Made by a program: the position numbers and the translations under genes. Of a stretch of 64,000 nucleotides of DNA, positions 1-11,760 are shown piece after piece; the first letter of the stretch is position 1, and the number at the start of each line of letters is the position of its first letter. The stretch covers positions 8,618,001-8,682,000 of the forward strand of contig NC_058368.1 of NCBI RefSeq assembly GCF_018350175.1, read 5' to 3'. Source of the DNA: Felis catus. Taxonomy: Eukaryota. The notes beneath the pieces were generated by a model. That model searched no databases. It was not told the DNA's origin and saw nothing but the letters and a program-made list of their open reading frames with translations.

Positions 1-190
1 GTAAGTCTCTAGAAGAGTAAATCTTAAAAGTTCTCATCACAAGGAAAAAAGCTGTAATTATATGGGGTGATGGATGTGAACTCGGCTTGTTGTGGTGGTG
101 ATTTCATGACATATACGTTTGTGAAATCATGACATTGTACACCAAAAACGAATACGATGTTATATGTCCATTATATGGCAATAAGAAAAT
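1..190 (+). mobile_element. Old L1 3' UTR end (L1MA/L1MB-like), cut off by the window edge
   Basis: AGAGTAAATCTTAAAAGTTCTCATCACAAG...GATGTTATATGTCCATTATAT..AATAA resembles the 3' terminus of eutherian L1M elements. Confidence 0.75.
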
Positions 191-962
191 TAAATGCCTG
201 GATTCACTTCTACTTTACTGTTAATAGTTAGGATTATTGGCAACGTTTAAAAATATTTGTTCTCTTCTGTTTTCTAAACATGCGGGAGTGAAGTGAGGAG
301 AAGCAAAGAACAACGATAAAAGAGAAATATACCGCCTGTTTAAAAGAAGGTAGAAAAAGAAATCCCCCTACCAAAAAAAATGGCAAATTGACCCCTCATT
401 AGCAGTGATCTGAGAAGGAGTTACATTTTAGTGTGCATTGAGGGGGTCTTAACCACGTAAGGATGGCCTGATGCCCCTGAGTCTGGTGTGCATTAGGATT
501 CCCTCTCTGGTTGAATTCACTTACTTCTGGCGGTAGAGATCAAAGTAGGGCAGAAATAATCTGTATGACATTCTGACAAAAATTAAAAGATGAAAGAAAC
601 CTGTATAAAATAATTAATACAGCAAGAAAAGAGCAGCACCTGCTTGTGTCGAGAAAAGACTTTGATAAAAAGCTTCTTGTATAGGTTATGCCATCTTACA
701 TGGAACAAAATGGAAATTTTCGCATCTTTCTCTGTTTCTCGAGAGAACGTTACTTCAGTGATGATAAAATTCCCCATGATTCCTTAGGACTTCTCAAGAG
801 GTGACGCTGTAGGTGTTTTATGAGACACCTACAAGAAATAACTCTCAATTATCCCTGAGAAAGCTATCTCAGTACAGGTTTGACAGATATCGTCAGGCAT
901 GGATCCCTGAAAATGTCTTTGATCGCCTTCATATTAAAAAAAAAAAAAAAAAAGAAACCACA

Positions 963-1188
963 GGGGCGCCTGGGTCGCTCACTTGGTTAAGCATCTGACT
1001 TCGGCTCGAGCCATGATCTCACGGTTGGTGAGTTCGAGCCCCGCGTCGGGCTCTGTGCTGACAGCTCAGAGCCTGGAGCCTGTTTTGCATTCTGTGTCTC
1101 CCTCTCTCTCTGCTCCTGCCCTGCTCACACTCTGTCTCTCTCTCAAAAATAAACAAAGAGTTTTTAAAATTTTTAAAAAGAAAAAAAC
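963..1188 (+). mobile_element. Felid CanSINE (SINEC_Fc-type)
   Basis: GGGGCGCCTGGGT head with tRNA-like A/B boxes (GTTCGAGCCC), AGCTCAGAGCCTGGAGCCTG core, (CT)n and an A-rich tail. Confidence 0.95.
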
Positions 1189-1591
1189 AACTCTGGAAAT
1201 ATTAAGAGCCCAGTGCTTTTATTCTGTGCTGGGTGTTTGAGCAACGAGGCAGAAATATATGTAGAAGTTGAGGGTCTGGGTATTAAAGAGTTTATATTTC
1301 TGTTGCATTTCTTTAAAAAAAAGATTTCTCTCTATAGCATTAATTTTATGTAAGGAAGTATATGTATTGACTTTGTACAGGTGCATCGTTTAGATAAATA
1401 TGGGAAAGCTTATAAAGAACTGCAGTAACAATCTTAAGTTCCGTACAAGGTGTAGTTCATGCTAATGCAGCAGTGTGGAGAGAACACGAAACTTCCATTG
1501 AGAAGATCCCACCCGCAAACCTGCTCCACTGCATTGTGGGAATGAGAGCATGAATCAGGGCTCTTTGGGGGCTAAACTGTATAAAATGTAG

Positions 1592-1930
1592 CCATTTGTA
1601 GCAATGTGGATGGAACTGGAGGGTATTCTGCTAAATGAAATAAGTCAGGCAGAGAAAGACAGATACTGTATGTTTTCACTCATATGTGAATCCTGAGAAA
1701 CTTAACAGAAGACCACAAGGGAGGGGAAGGGGAAAAAAAAGAAGTTACAGAGAGGGAAGGAGGCAAACCATAAGAGACTCTTAAATACTGAAAACAAACT
1801 GAGGGTGGATGGGGGTGGGGAGAGGGGAAAGTGGGTGATGGGCATTGAGGAGGGCACCTGTTGGGATGAGCACTGGGTGTTGTACGGAAACCAATTTGAC
1901 AATAAATTATATTTAATATAAAAAATAAAA
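1592..1930 (+). mobile_element. 5'-truncated felid L1 3' end with TSD
   Basis: Very similar to the 3' end of the L1 at about 11445-11760. G-rich 3' UTR, AATAAA, and an 11-bp TSD ATAAAATGTAG at 1581-1591 and 1931-1941. Confidence 0.93.
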
Positions 1931-3743
1931 ATAAAATGTAGTACAAATACAACTAAATTATACAACTACGTTCTGGCCAGAAATTTTCACTCAATTGATG
2001 CAAAACCTGCCCCTGGATTGAGTCCCTGCCTCTGAGTGTGGGGCACCTATCCCAGGTAAGTAGGTGAAGCTTCTTGGAGTTAGAGGGTGCTGACCCACCC
2101 AGGGTCTTAGAGGACAATGGGCTCTGAGTCGATGGAATGGGTAGTTAATGAGGAGGGCTGTCTAGGTCAGCCCTCACGCTTTAGGGTTGGCTCTACCTGT
2201 GGCTACGTTTCCTCCTTGTTTGCTGATCACTACACTGAGAATGTGTTTTCCTACTAGTTAGTGCAAGAGACACTGTTTTCCCACCCATATTTGCAGCTCC
2301 TTTGGAAAGATCTAGGTTGCTTTTAAATCCCTCCTCAGTGGCATCTGTTACTTGAAACTAGAAGTCATGTTTTTATTATGTCCAGAATAGACTTCATGTA
2401 TCTCCACTTGTGTTAATCTCTGGCTGGCTGAAGAAGGGAGATGGATAGATAGGTAAAGAATCAGGCCCAGAACACAGCTGCTGAATTACCTCTTAGAGGT
2501 GTTTATAGCAGTTGAAACATCTACCTGCCTAACTAACCATGAGAAACAGACAAGAAACTAGATGATGAGACTTCATCTAAACAAATCCACACTTCCCCCC
2601 CCTCCCTCCCCCCATATCTCTGTCCCTTTCCTTGAATCCCTTTAAACTCTGTTGGAGGGATTGGTCATATGTGGCTTTTGTGGCGAATGCTTGTCCTCTG
2701 GCTAGACTGTCAGTTTCTCTGTCACTGGTCAGCAGTGTCCCCAGTGCCTCGTTCCATGTCTGTTTTCTTGATCTTTGATCCTTAATATGGCTCAGTTTTT
2801 AAAGCCTCCTGTTTTATGATATTCTATCCATACCTGAAATATTCAAGTTTCCAATCAGCATTCATTGATTTTGTTTCTCTACTAAGTATCTCTTTAGTTT
2901 CCTTTTGCTGTACTTAATATTTAATGATCATTTCTTGTTTATATCATTTACTGATTTTGTGGTGTTATTTTTTCATGGATAGTTTAATTACTCTGCGATG
3001 CATCATGTTCTTAATTTGAATTTCCATTTTTTCTTCTCACTTTGAGGTTTTATCATCATTTATTAACTTACCACATTGTTATTCCTACTTTTAATATTCA
3101 CAAACTAAAAATGGGAAGGAAAGACTTGTTTTGAATCATGAACTGAGACCCTCTGTCTTAAACTGGGAGTTTCCCTAGAGAATAAAACCATCGTTTCTCA
3201 GAACACAGCCTCAATCCTCCCCCGTATGGACCCTTCTGCTTCATTCCCTAAGCTGCCATCCGCATGAAGACACCCATTGCCCCCACCCTAGATGTGACTG
3301 CATAGACAGGTAATTAGGCTTCTTGACTCCAGGTGCTCTGGTCACCACACCTTCTCCAAACAGTTGGTTATAACAACCTCTTACGGAAATAACAGCTAGT
3401 TGCTTGTGCTTATTAATAGAGTAAACATCTTAGCCTGGAATTCAAGATCTTCCTCAATCTCCTGTGAATTTGTTACTCAAAACTATGTTCTATTGGTAAT
3501 GAGGAATGGGGAAGATGTTCAGGAAATTTCTAATTCAGAGCCAGTCTTGTGGTTGGCTTTCTGTGTTGAATGAGGCATATTTAGGATAAAAAAGATTTGG
3601 TTCCTGTAATTGAAGAGGTCATAGATTAGTGAAAGAGGATAGAGTACAATGCCTGCAGAGGTAGAGGTATGAAAGATAAAGCATATAGAAAATCCAGTAG
3701 CCAACTTCCACCCAGTAGGATGACTACTTAAAAAAACAAAACA

Positions 3744-3973
3744 GGGGCGCCTGGGTGGCGCAGTCGGTTAAGCGTCCCACTTCAGCCAGGTCACGATCTC
3801 GCGGTCCCTGAGTTCGAGCCCCGCGTCGGGCTCTGGGCTGATGGCTCGGAGCCTGGAGCCTGTTTCCGATTCTGTGTCTCCCTCTCTCTCTGCCCCTCCC
3901 CCATTCATGCTCTGTCTCTCTCTGTCCCAAAAATAAATAAATGTTGAAAAAAAAATTTAAAACAAAACAAAAC
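3744..3973 (+). mobile_element. Young felid CanSINE
   Basis: Full-length and CpG-rich, CTGGGCTGATGG variant, flanked by AAAAAAACAAAACA on both sides. Confidence 0.95.
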
Positions 3974-3988
3974 AAAAAAACAAAACAT

Positions 3989-4225
3989 GGGGCGCCTGGG
4001 TGGCTCAGTCAGTGAAGCGTCCGACTTCAGCTCAGGTCATGATTTCACAGTTCGAGGGTTCGAGCCCCACGTCGGGCTCTGTGCTGACAGCTCAGAGCCT
4101 GGAGCCGGCTTCAGATTCTGTGTCTCCCTCTCTCTCTGCCCCTCCCCAACTAGCGCTCTATCTCTGTCTCTCAAAAAAATAAAAATAAATAAAAACGTTG
4201 AAAAAAGTAAATAATAAAAAAGAGA
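3989..4225 (+). mobile_element. Felid CanSINE, in tandem with the previous copy
   Basis: GGGGCGCCTGGGTGGCTCAG head, core, (CT)n and A tail. Confidence 0.95.
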
Positions 4226-5237
4226 ACTCTTTAAAAACAAAACAAAACAAACAACCCCCCCCCCCAAAAAAGAAAAAAAAACCAGAAAGTAAGCATTGGT
4301 GAGGACGTAGAAAAATTGGAACCCTCACGCACTGCTAGTGGGAATGTAAAATGGTGCAGCCATTGTGGAAAACAATATGGCTGTTCCCCTCAAAATTAAT
4401 AATAGAATTACCCTATGATTCATTAATTCCAGTTCTGGGCATATATCCCAAAGAATTGAAAGCATGGTTTTGAAGAGAGATTTGGGTGTTTCTGTTCAGA
4501 GACCATTATTCACAGTAGCCAAAAAGTGGAAGCAACCCAAATGTCCACTGATGGTGGAACGGAGAAGCAAAATGTTGCATATACGTACACTGAAATATTT
4601 TTCAGCCTTAAAAAGGGAAGAAATTCTGCAATATGCTACAACATGGGTCAGTCTTGAGGATGTTATACCAAGTGAAATAAGCCAGACAAAACCACATACC
4701 ATGTGATTCACCTAGAGTCGTCAAACTTCTAGAAGTTAGAATGGTGGCTGCCAGGAACCGAGAAGAGGGGGAAAGGGGAGTCCTTGTTGAATGGATACAA
4801 AGTTTCAGTTTTGCAACAGGAGAAGGGTTCTGTGGATGGATAATGGTGATGGTTGCAGGACAGTGTGAAGGTATTTAATACCACTCACTACACTTAAAAA
4901 GGGTTAAGATGGTAAATGTTATGTGTATTTTACTGCAATTAGAAAAGAAAAGGGGAGGGCCAATGCTATATGCCAATGCTATAGCAGCTACTGAGGAAAT
5001 AGAAAACTAGACCAACTGGACCAGTATGTCATTTCAATAACTTTGGGACAGCTTGTAGGGCCAATGGGGCATCATTGTTACATCGAATAGCGGGAGTATC
5101 TTAACATATAAATATGCTATTTAATGTGAGATCTGGGTATGTGACAGGCATCACATTCAACTTCTTAAGCAGCTTCATTGGTTTAAAAATGAGTAGCTGC
5201 TCCAGTAGTTGGCGTTTCAACCCAAGAAGCACTTGGG

Positions 5238-5250
5238 GTTGCCAGGCAAC
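5238..5250. promoter_or_regulatory. RFX X-box-like palindrome GTTGCCAGGCAAC
   Basis: Two perfect GTTGCC/GGCAAC half-sites in sequence with no recognisable repeat. Motif match only. Confidence 0.4.
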
Positions 5251-6382
5251 AGATCACTGCTGTCAAGAGGGGCAAATCTGACATTAATTTTATATCTCTT
5301 AAAATGCTAGAAGAAATGTTGAATCTAAATGTTTTCATTTCTACCTACTCTCTTTAAAAATACAAACACGTGGATCGTCCAGAGCAGTGCCGTGCTGTTG
5401 CTACAAGACGCGAGTGTTTTGTGCAGCTGCTCCCGTGTTTTGTTTTCTTTGCCAAAGCACACTCAGTCTTTCAGGAGACCGGGGGCAACATGTGGACTCA
5501 ACGCTGTGAGGACTAATATCATTATGGGAGAAGCTCTTAAGTCACCCAGCAAATTAAAGCCACTAAATGGCAAACGTTTTCTTTAAGAATGGATTTTTTA
5601 AATCCAGAAGACTTCTTTTTGGGTAAGCTTAGGGGGAAAAAAGGGACAATGGTTAGATTACTCATTGTACTTTTGTGCAGAGCACCAGAATAAATGAGAG
5701 AACTAATGCCTGTGATCCACACAAGTAGAGCCTGTGAGAAATGTACAAAGTTGACGTCACTCAACTGGATTGGCCAAGGGATACCTAAAGAAGAAGGGAG
5801 ATTCTTTTTCCTTATACCGTAAGGCGTGTGTTTTCCTCTGACTACAGTCCTTACTGTATTTAACCGACTATATAGAGCAGAGTGGTGAGGGGTATCGTTA
5901 AGCACATGAATAATTTTGACCCTCACCTATTTTCTCTTAATGCCAAAAATCGGGTTGGTGGGAAGTCCTAGCACTGGGACTTCGTCTTCAACCTTAATTC
6001 TGCCCTTTCCCGGGAGCCCATGTGGTTGACCCATCCAGCACCCCGTCTTCTGGGTTCCTTGCCTCTGTGAATTGAACTCAACTTCAGTTCCACGCTAACA
6101 GCTCCCACCTATGGGCATGCCAAGGAGGGGGTGGGCCACTGAATTCTCTGCTCCCTATTCTGATCTGTGGCTGTCCTTCCCCTCCTTGCCTCTTGCACTC
6201 CCTTTCCCACAGTGGCTACTCCAAACCTCCACCGCTGTCTGGAATTTCTCTTGAGTTGCTTTCCACCCCTCTCTCTGCGCTCATCGTTAGCTCTTCCTTT
6301 CCTGTTTCTGTCCAAAGCCAAAGTACTTTCTCCACCTGTGCCCTTGACTCTAGCTCCTTCTGCAACCCACAGACCCTTTCTT

Positions 6383-6580
6383 GAGTTAGAAAGCCTGGTT
6401 TAGGATCCTGCTTAGATGCGGTGTGACCTTGGCAAGTCAATCGGCCTCTCTGTACAGCAGCTTCTTGCCAGAAAAAGGTGGTTAGTAGTGTACCCACGTC
6501 CTACATTATGAGGAGTCAAAGAGATAATGTGTGTAAAGCACATTGAGCAGTGCCTGGCATGTAGTTTTCAATCAGTGTTC
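6383..6580 (+). mobile_element. MIR
   Basis: GTGTGACCTTGGCAAGTCA core and GATAATGTGTGTAAAGCAC...AGTGCCTGGCATGTAG 3' part. Confidence 0.85.
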
Positions 6581-6843
6581 GATGCTCTGATGCTCAGCGT
6601 TAGCATCTTAGCTCCTGCCTCCGGTGCTGGTTCTGGGCCCCTGGGATCCCTTTCATGTGCCCACTTGCTTCCTGCCCGCGACTTCAGCAGTTGTGGGCTT
6701 TCCCCACATTTGCTTTCCAGCCTTTCAGTCTTCGATAGCTCTTCCTACAGGGAAGCCTTACTTGATTTTTATGCCTCCCCCCAACACTAGCCCAAGTGTG
6801 AGAGGTTGCCCCCATCTTCCCATAGCTCCCTAGACTTCCTTTC

Positions 6844-7313
6844 TGTAATAGTTTTGTGTGTCCGCGTGGCTAGGCCGTAGCACCCAGTTACTCGGTCAAA
6901 CACCACTCGAGGTGTTGCTCTGGAGGTATTGTGTAGACGCGGTTGACATCTGTAATCCGTTGACTTTAAGTAAAGGAGGTTATCCCCTCTAATCTGGATG
7001 GGCCTCACTGAATCATTTCAGTGGCCATAGGAGCAAAGCTGAGGGTTCCCTGAGGGAGAAGAAATTCTGCCCCAAGGCTACAACACAGACTTCTGCCTCC
7101 GAGTTTCTGCCCTGCAGGCCTGCGCTGTGGATTTTGAACTTTCCAGCCTGCCTGTGTCAGGCAGTGTCTTGAAATCTGTGTGTGTGTATCTCTGTGTGTA
7201 CGTGTAGGGACAGATATATGTGTTTGTATGAATACATAGGTATGGATGTACACACACGTATACACGTGTTCGCTTTCTACTGCTTCTGTTTCCTAGAAGA
7301 AGCCTGACTGATT
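6844..7313 (+). mobile_element. MLT2-type ERVL solo LTR, apparently inserted in an L2 remnant
   Basis: TGGCTAGGCC..CCCAGTTA..GGTCAAACACCA, GACTTTAAGTAAAGGAG and GAAGAAATTCTGCC blocks and the TTCTGTTTC...CCTGACT end are typical of MLT2. Confidence 0.8.
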
Positions 7314-7455
7314 CCGCCTCTCCTCACTTGCACAGACTGCATTGCGCCCCGTTTCCTTTCTGAATCTCCTCTGCTCTGACAGCCAACATGTGGGCAGGAG
7401 CCACATTCGTCCACATGCCCGACCCACAACTCAATTTGTATTGAATGAATGAATG
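7314..7455 (+). mobile_element. L2 3' end remnant
   Basis: Ends in TTGAATGAATGAATG, the characteristic L2 tail. Confidence 0.5.
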
Positions 7456-7508
7456 CTGGGGAAAGTTAGAATGTATACTGTCATTGAGCATAATAAAAAT
7501 GAATATGT

Positions 7509-10500
7509 AATCTTCAGTGTGATGAACAGAAAAAATATGCAGCCGAGAATCCTTTATCCAGCAAGTCTGTCATTCAGACTAGGAGAGAGAAAGGTTTTCC
7601 CAAACAAACAAAAACGGAAGGAATTCATCACCAGTAAACCAGCCCTACAAGAGATCCTAAGCAGGACTCCATGACTGAAATGTTGCAAGGACCACAAAGT
7701 ACCAGAAACATCACTACAAGCATGAAACCTACAGACATCACAATGACTCTAAACCCATTATCTTTCAATAATAACACTGAATGTAAATGGACTAAATGCT
7801 GCAACCAAAAGACATAGGGTATCGTGATGGATAAAGAAAACAAGACCCATCTATTTGCTGTCCACAAGAGACTCATTTTAGACCTGAGGACACCTTCAGA
7901 TTGAAAGTGAGGGGATGGAGAACTATCTATCATGCCGCTGGAAGTCAGAAGAAAGCTGGAGTAGCCATACTTATATCAGACAAACTAGACTTTAAAGGCT
8001 GTAACAAGAGATGAAGAAGGGCATTATATAGTAATTACAGGGTCTATCCATCAGGAAGAGCTAACAATGATAAATGTCTATGCACCTAATATGGAAGCCC
8101 CCAAATATATAAAACAATTACTCACAAACATAAGAAACCTTATAGATAAGAATGTGGTAATTTCAGGGGACTTTAATACCCCACTTACAACAATGGATAG
8201 ATCATCTGGACACAGGATCAATAAAGAAACAAGGGCCCTGAATGATACATTGGATCAGATGGACTTGACAGGTAAATTTAGAACTCTGCATCCCAAAGCA
8301 ACAGGATATACTTTCTTCTCGAGTGCACATGGAACATTCTCCAAGATAGATCATATACTGGGTCACAAAATAGCTCTTCATAAGTATAAAAGAATTGAGA
8401 TCATACCATGCCTACTTTCAGAAATCTGAAACTTGAAATCAACCACAGGAAAAAGTCGGGAAAACCTCCAAAAGCATGGAGGCTAAAGAACACCCTACTA
8501 AAGAGTAAATGGGTCAACCAGGCAATTAGAGAAGAAATTTAAAAATATATGGAAACAAATGAAGAGGAAAATACAACAATCCAAACACTTTGGGATGCAA
8601 AAGGCAGTCCTGGGAGGGAAAATACATTGCAATCCAGGCCTATCTCAAGAAACAAGAAAAATCCCAAATACAAAATCTAACAGCACACCTAAAGGAAATA
8701 GAAGCAGAACAGCAAAGACACCCCAAACCCAGCAGAAGAAGAGAACTAATAAAGATTGGAGCAGAAATAAATAATATAGAATCTAAAAAAAACTGTAGAG
8801 CAGATCAATGAAACCAAGAGTTGGTTTTTTCAAAAAAATAAACAAAATTGATAAACCTCTAGCCAGGCTTCTCAAAAAGAAAATGGAGATGACCCAAATA
8901 GATAAAATCGTGAATGAAAATGGAATTATTACAACCAATCCCTCTGAAATACAAGCAATTATCAGGGAATACTATAAAAAATTATGTGCCAACAAACTGG
9001 ACAACCTGAAAGAAATGGACAAATTCCTAAGCACCCACCCACTTCCAAAACTCAAACAGGAAGAAACAGAAAACTTGAACAGACCCATACCCAGCAAAGA
9101 AATTGAATCAGTTATCAAAAATCTCCCAACAGATAAGAGTCCAGGACCAGATGGCTTCCCTGAGGAATTCAACCAGACATTTAAAGCAGAGTTAATACCT
9201 ATCCTTTTCAAGCTGTTCCAAAAAATAGAAAGGGAAGGAAAACTTCCAGACTCATTCTATGAAGCCAGCATTACTTTGATTCCCAAACCAGACAGAGACC
9301 CAGCAAAAAAAGAGAACTATGGGCCAATATCCCTGATGAATATGGATGCAAAAATTCTCAATAAGATACTAGCAAATCGAATTCAACAGCATATAAAAAG
9401 AATTATTCACCATGATCAAGTGGGATTCATTCCTGGGTTGTAGGGTCGGTTCAATATTCACAAATTGATCAATGTGATACATCACATTAATAAAAGAAAA
9501 GATAAGAACCATATGATCCTGTCAATCGATGCAGAAAAAGCATTTGACAAAATTCAGCATCCTTTCTTAAGAAAAACTCTTGAGAGAGTCAGGATAGAAG
9601 GAACATGCTTAAACATCATAAAAGCCATTTATGGAAAGCCCACAGCTAATATCATCCTCAACGGGGAAAAACTGAGAGCTTTCCCCCTGAGATCAGGAAC
9701 ACGACAGGGATGTCCACTCTCACCGCTGTTGTTTAACATAGTGTTGGAAGTTCTAGCATCAGCAATCAGACAACAAAAGGAAGTCAAAGTCATCCAAATT
9801 GGCAAAGATGAAGTCAAGCTTTCACTTTTTGCAGATGACATATTATACATGGAAAACCTGATAGACTCCACCAAAAGTCTGCTAGAACTGATACATGAAT
9901 TCAGCAAAGTCGCAGGATACAAAATCAATGTACAGAAATCAGTTGCATTCTTATAGACTAATAATGAAGCAACAGAAAGACAAATAAACTGATCCCATTC
10001 GCAATTGGACCAAGAATCATAAAATACCTAGGAATAAACCTAACCAAAGATGTAGAAGATCTGTGTGCTGAGAACTATAGGAAGCTTATGAAGGAAACTG
10101 AAGAAGACACAAAGAAGTGGAAAAACATTCCATGCTCATGGATTGGAAGAATAAATATTGTTAAAATGTCAATACTACCCAAAGCAATCTACACATTCAA
10201 TGCAATCCCAATCAAAATTGCGGCAGCATTCTTCTCAAAGCTAGAACAAGCAATCCTAAAATTTGTATGGAACCACAAAAGACCCCAAATAGCCAAAGTA
10301 ATATTGAAGAAGAAGACCAAAGCAGGAGGCATCACAATCCCAGACTTTAGCCTCTACTACAAAGCTGTAATCATCGAGACAGCATGGTATTGGCACAAAA
10401 ACAGACACATAGACCAGTAGAATAGAATAGAGACTCCAGAATTGGACCCACAAAAGTATGGCCAACTAATCTTTGACAAAGCAGGAAAGAATATCCAATG

Positions 10501-11760
10501 GAAAAAAGACAGTCTCTTTAACAAATGGTGCTGGGAGAACTGGACAGCAAATGCAGAAGAATGAAACTAGACCACTTTCTTACACCATTCACAAAAACAA
10601 ACTCAAAATGGATAAAGGACCTGAATGTGAGACAGGAAACCATCAAAACCCTAGAGGAGAAAGCAGGAAAAGACCTCTCTGACCTCAGTCGCAGCAATTT
10701 CTTACTGGACACATCTCCAAAGGCAAGGGAGTTAAAAGCAAAAATGAACTATTGGGACCTCACGAAGATAAAAAGCTTCTGCACAGCAAAGGAAACAATC
10801 AACAAAATTAAAAGGCAACTGACGGAATGGGAAAAGATATTTGCAAATGACATATCGGGCAAAGGGCTAGTACCCAAAATCTATAAAGAACTCACCAAAC
10901 TCCACACCCAAAAAACAAATGATCCAGTGAAGAAATGGGCAGAAGACATGAATAGACACTTCTCTAAAGAAGACATCCAGATGGCCAACAGGCACATGAA
11001 AAGATGTTCAACGTCACTCCTCATTAGCGAACTACAATTGAAAACCACACAGATAACAACTCACGCCAGCCAGCTTGGCTAAAATGACCAAATCAGGAGA
11101 CTATAAATGCTGGAGAGGATGTGGAGAAACAGGAACCCTCTCACACTATTGGTGGGAATGCAAACTTATGCAGCCACTCTGGAAAACAGTGTGGAGGTTC
11201 CTCAAAAAATTAAAAATCGATCTATCCTATGACCCAGCAATAGCACTTCTAGGAATTTACCCAAGGGATACAGGAGGGCTGATGCATAGGGGCACTTGTA
11301 CCCCAATGTTTATAGCAGCACTTTAAACAATAGCCAAATTATGGAAAGAGCTTAAATGTCCATCAACTGATGAATGGATAAAGAAATTGTGGTTTATACA
11401 CACAATGGAATACTACTTGGCAATGAGAAAGAATGAAATATGGCCTTTTGTAGAAATGTGGATGGAACTGGAGAGTGTTATGCTAAGTGAAGTAAGTCAT
11501 CCAGAGAAAGACAGATACCAAATGTTTTCACGCTTATGTGGATCCTGAGAAACTTAACAGAAGACCATGGGGAAAAAAGTTAGAGAGGGAGGGAGCCAAA
11601 CCGTAAGAGACTCTTAAAAACTGAGAATAAACCGAGGGTTGATGGGGGGTGGGAGGGAGGGGAAAGTGGGTGATGGGCATTGAGAAGGGCACCTGTTGGG
11701 ATGAGCACTGGGTGTTGTACGGAAACCAGTTTGACAATAAATTTCATATTAAAAAAGAAA
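7509..11760 (+). mobile_element. 5'-truncated felid LINE-1 of about 4.25 kb (ORF1 end, full ORF2 region, 3' UTR)
   Basis: ORF1 C-terminus (QPRILYPASLSF...KPALQEIL), endonuclease, RT and C-terminal ORF2 segments in the ORF track, G-rich 3' UTR and AATAAA. GAATATGT is duplicated at 7501-7508 and 11761-11768. Confidence 0.97.
7743..11548 (+). pseudogene. Disabled L1 ORF2 (APE endonuclease and reverse transcriptase)
   Basis: Motifs [61 protein letters not shown] and HCWWEC-like, split across many ORFs by stops and frameshifts. Confidence 0.95.

Larger units (their letters stand above)
3703..4950 (+). mobile_element. Old L1 (L1MB-like) 3' fragment interrupted by two SINEs
   Basis: ORF2 C-terminal remnant (LFTVAKKWKQPKCP...YATTWVSLEDVIPSEISQ) followed by an L1MB-type 3' UTR. 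Confidence 0.85.

Noticed and set aside
963..1060. tRNA genes at SINE heads
   Set aside because: A/B boxes are present, but they are the tRNA-derived SINE head followed by the SINE core and tail, with no cloverleaf.
1803..1842. G-quadruplex-like G runs
   Set aside because: This is an ordinary part of the L1 3' UTR (also at about 11636-11678), not locus-specific.
8067..11326. L1 ORF2 fragments as functional CDS
   Set aside because: They are interrupted by stops and frameshifts, and the element lacks its 5' UTR and most of ORF1.
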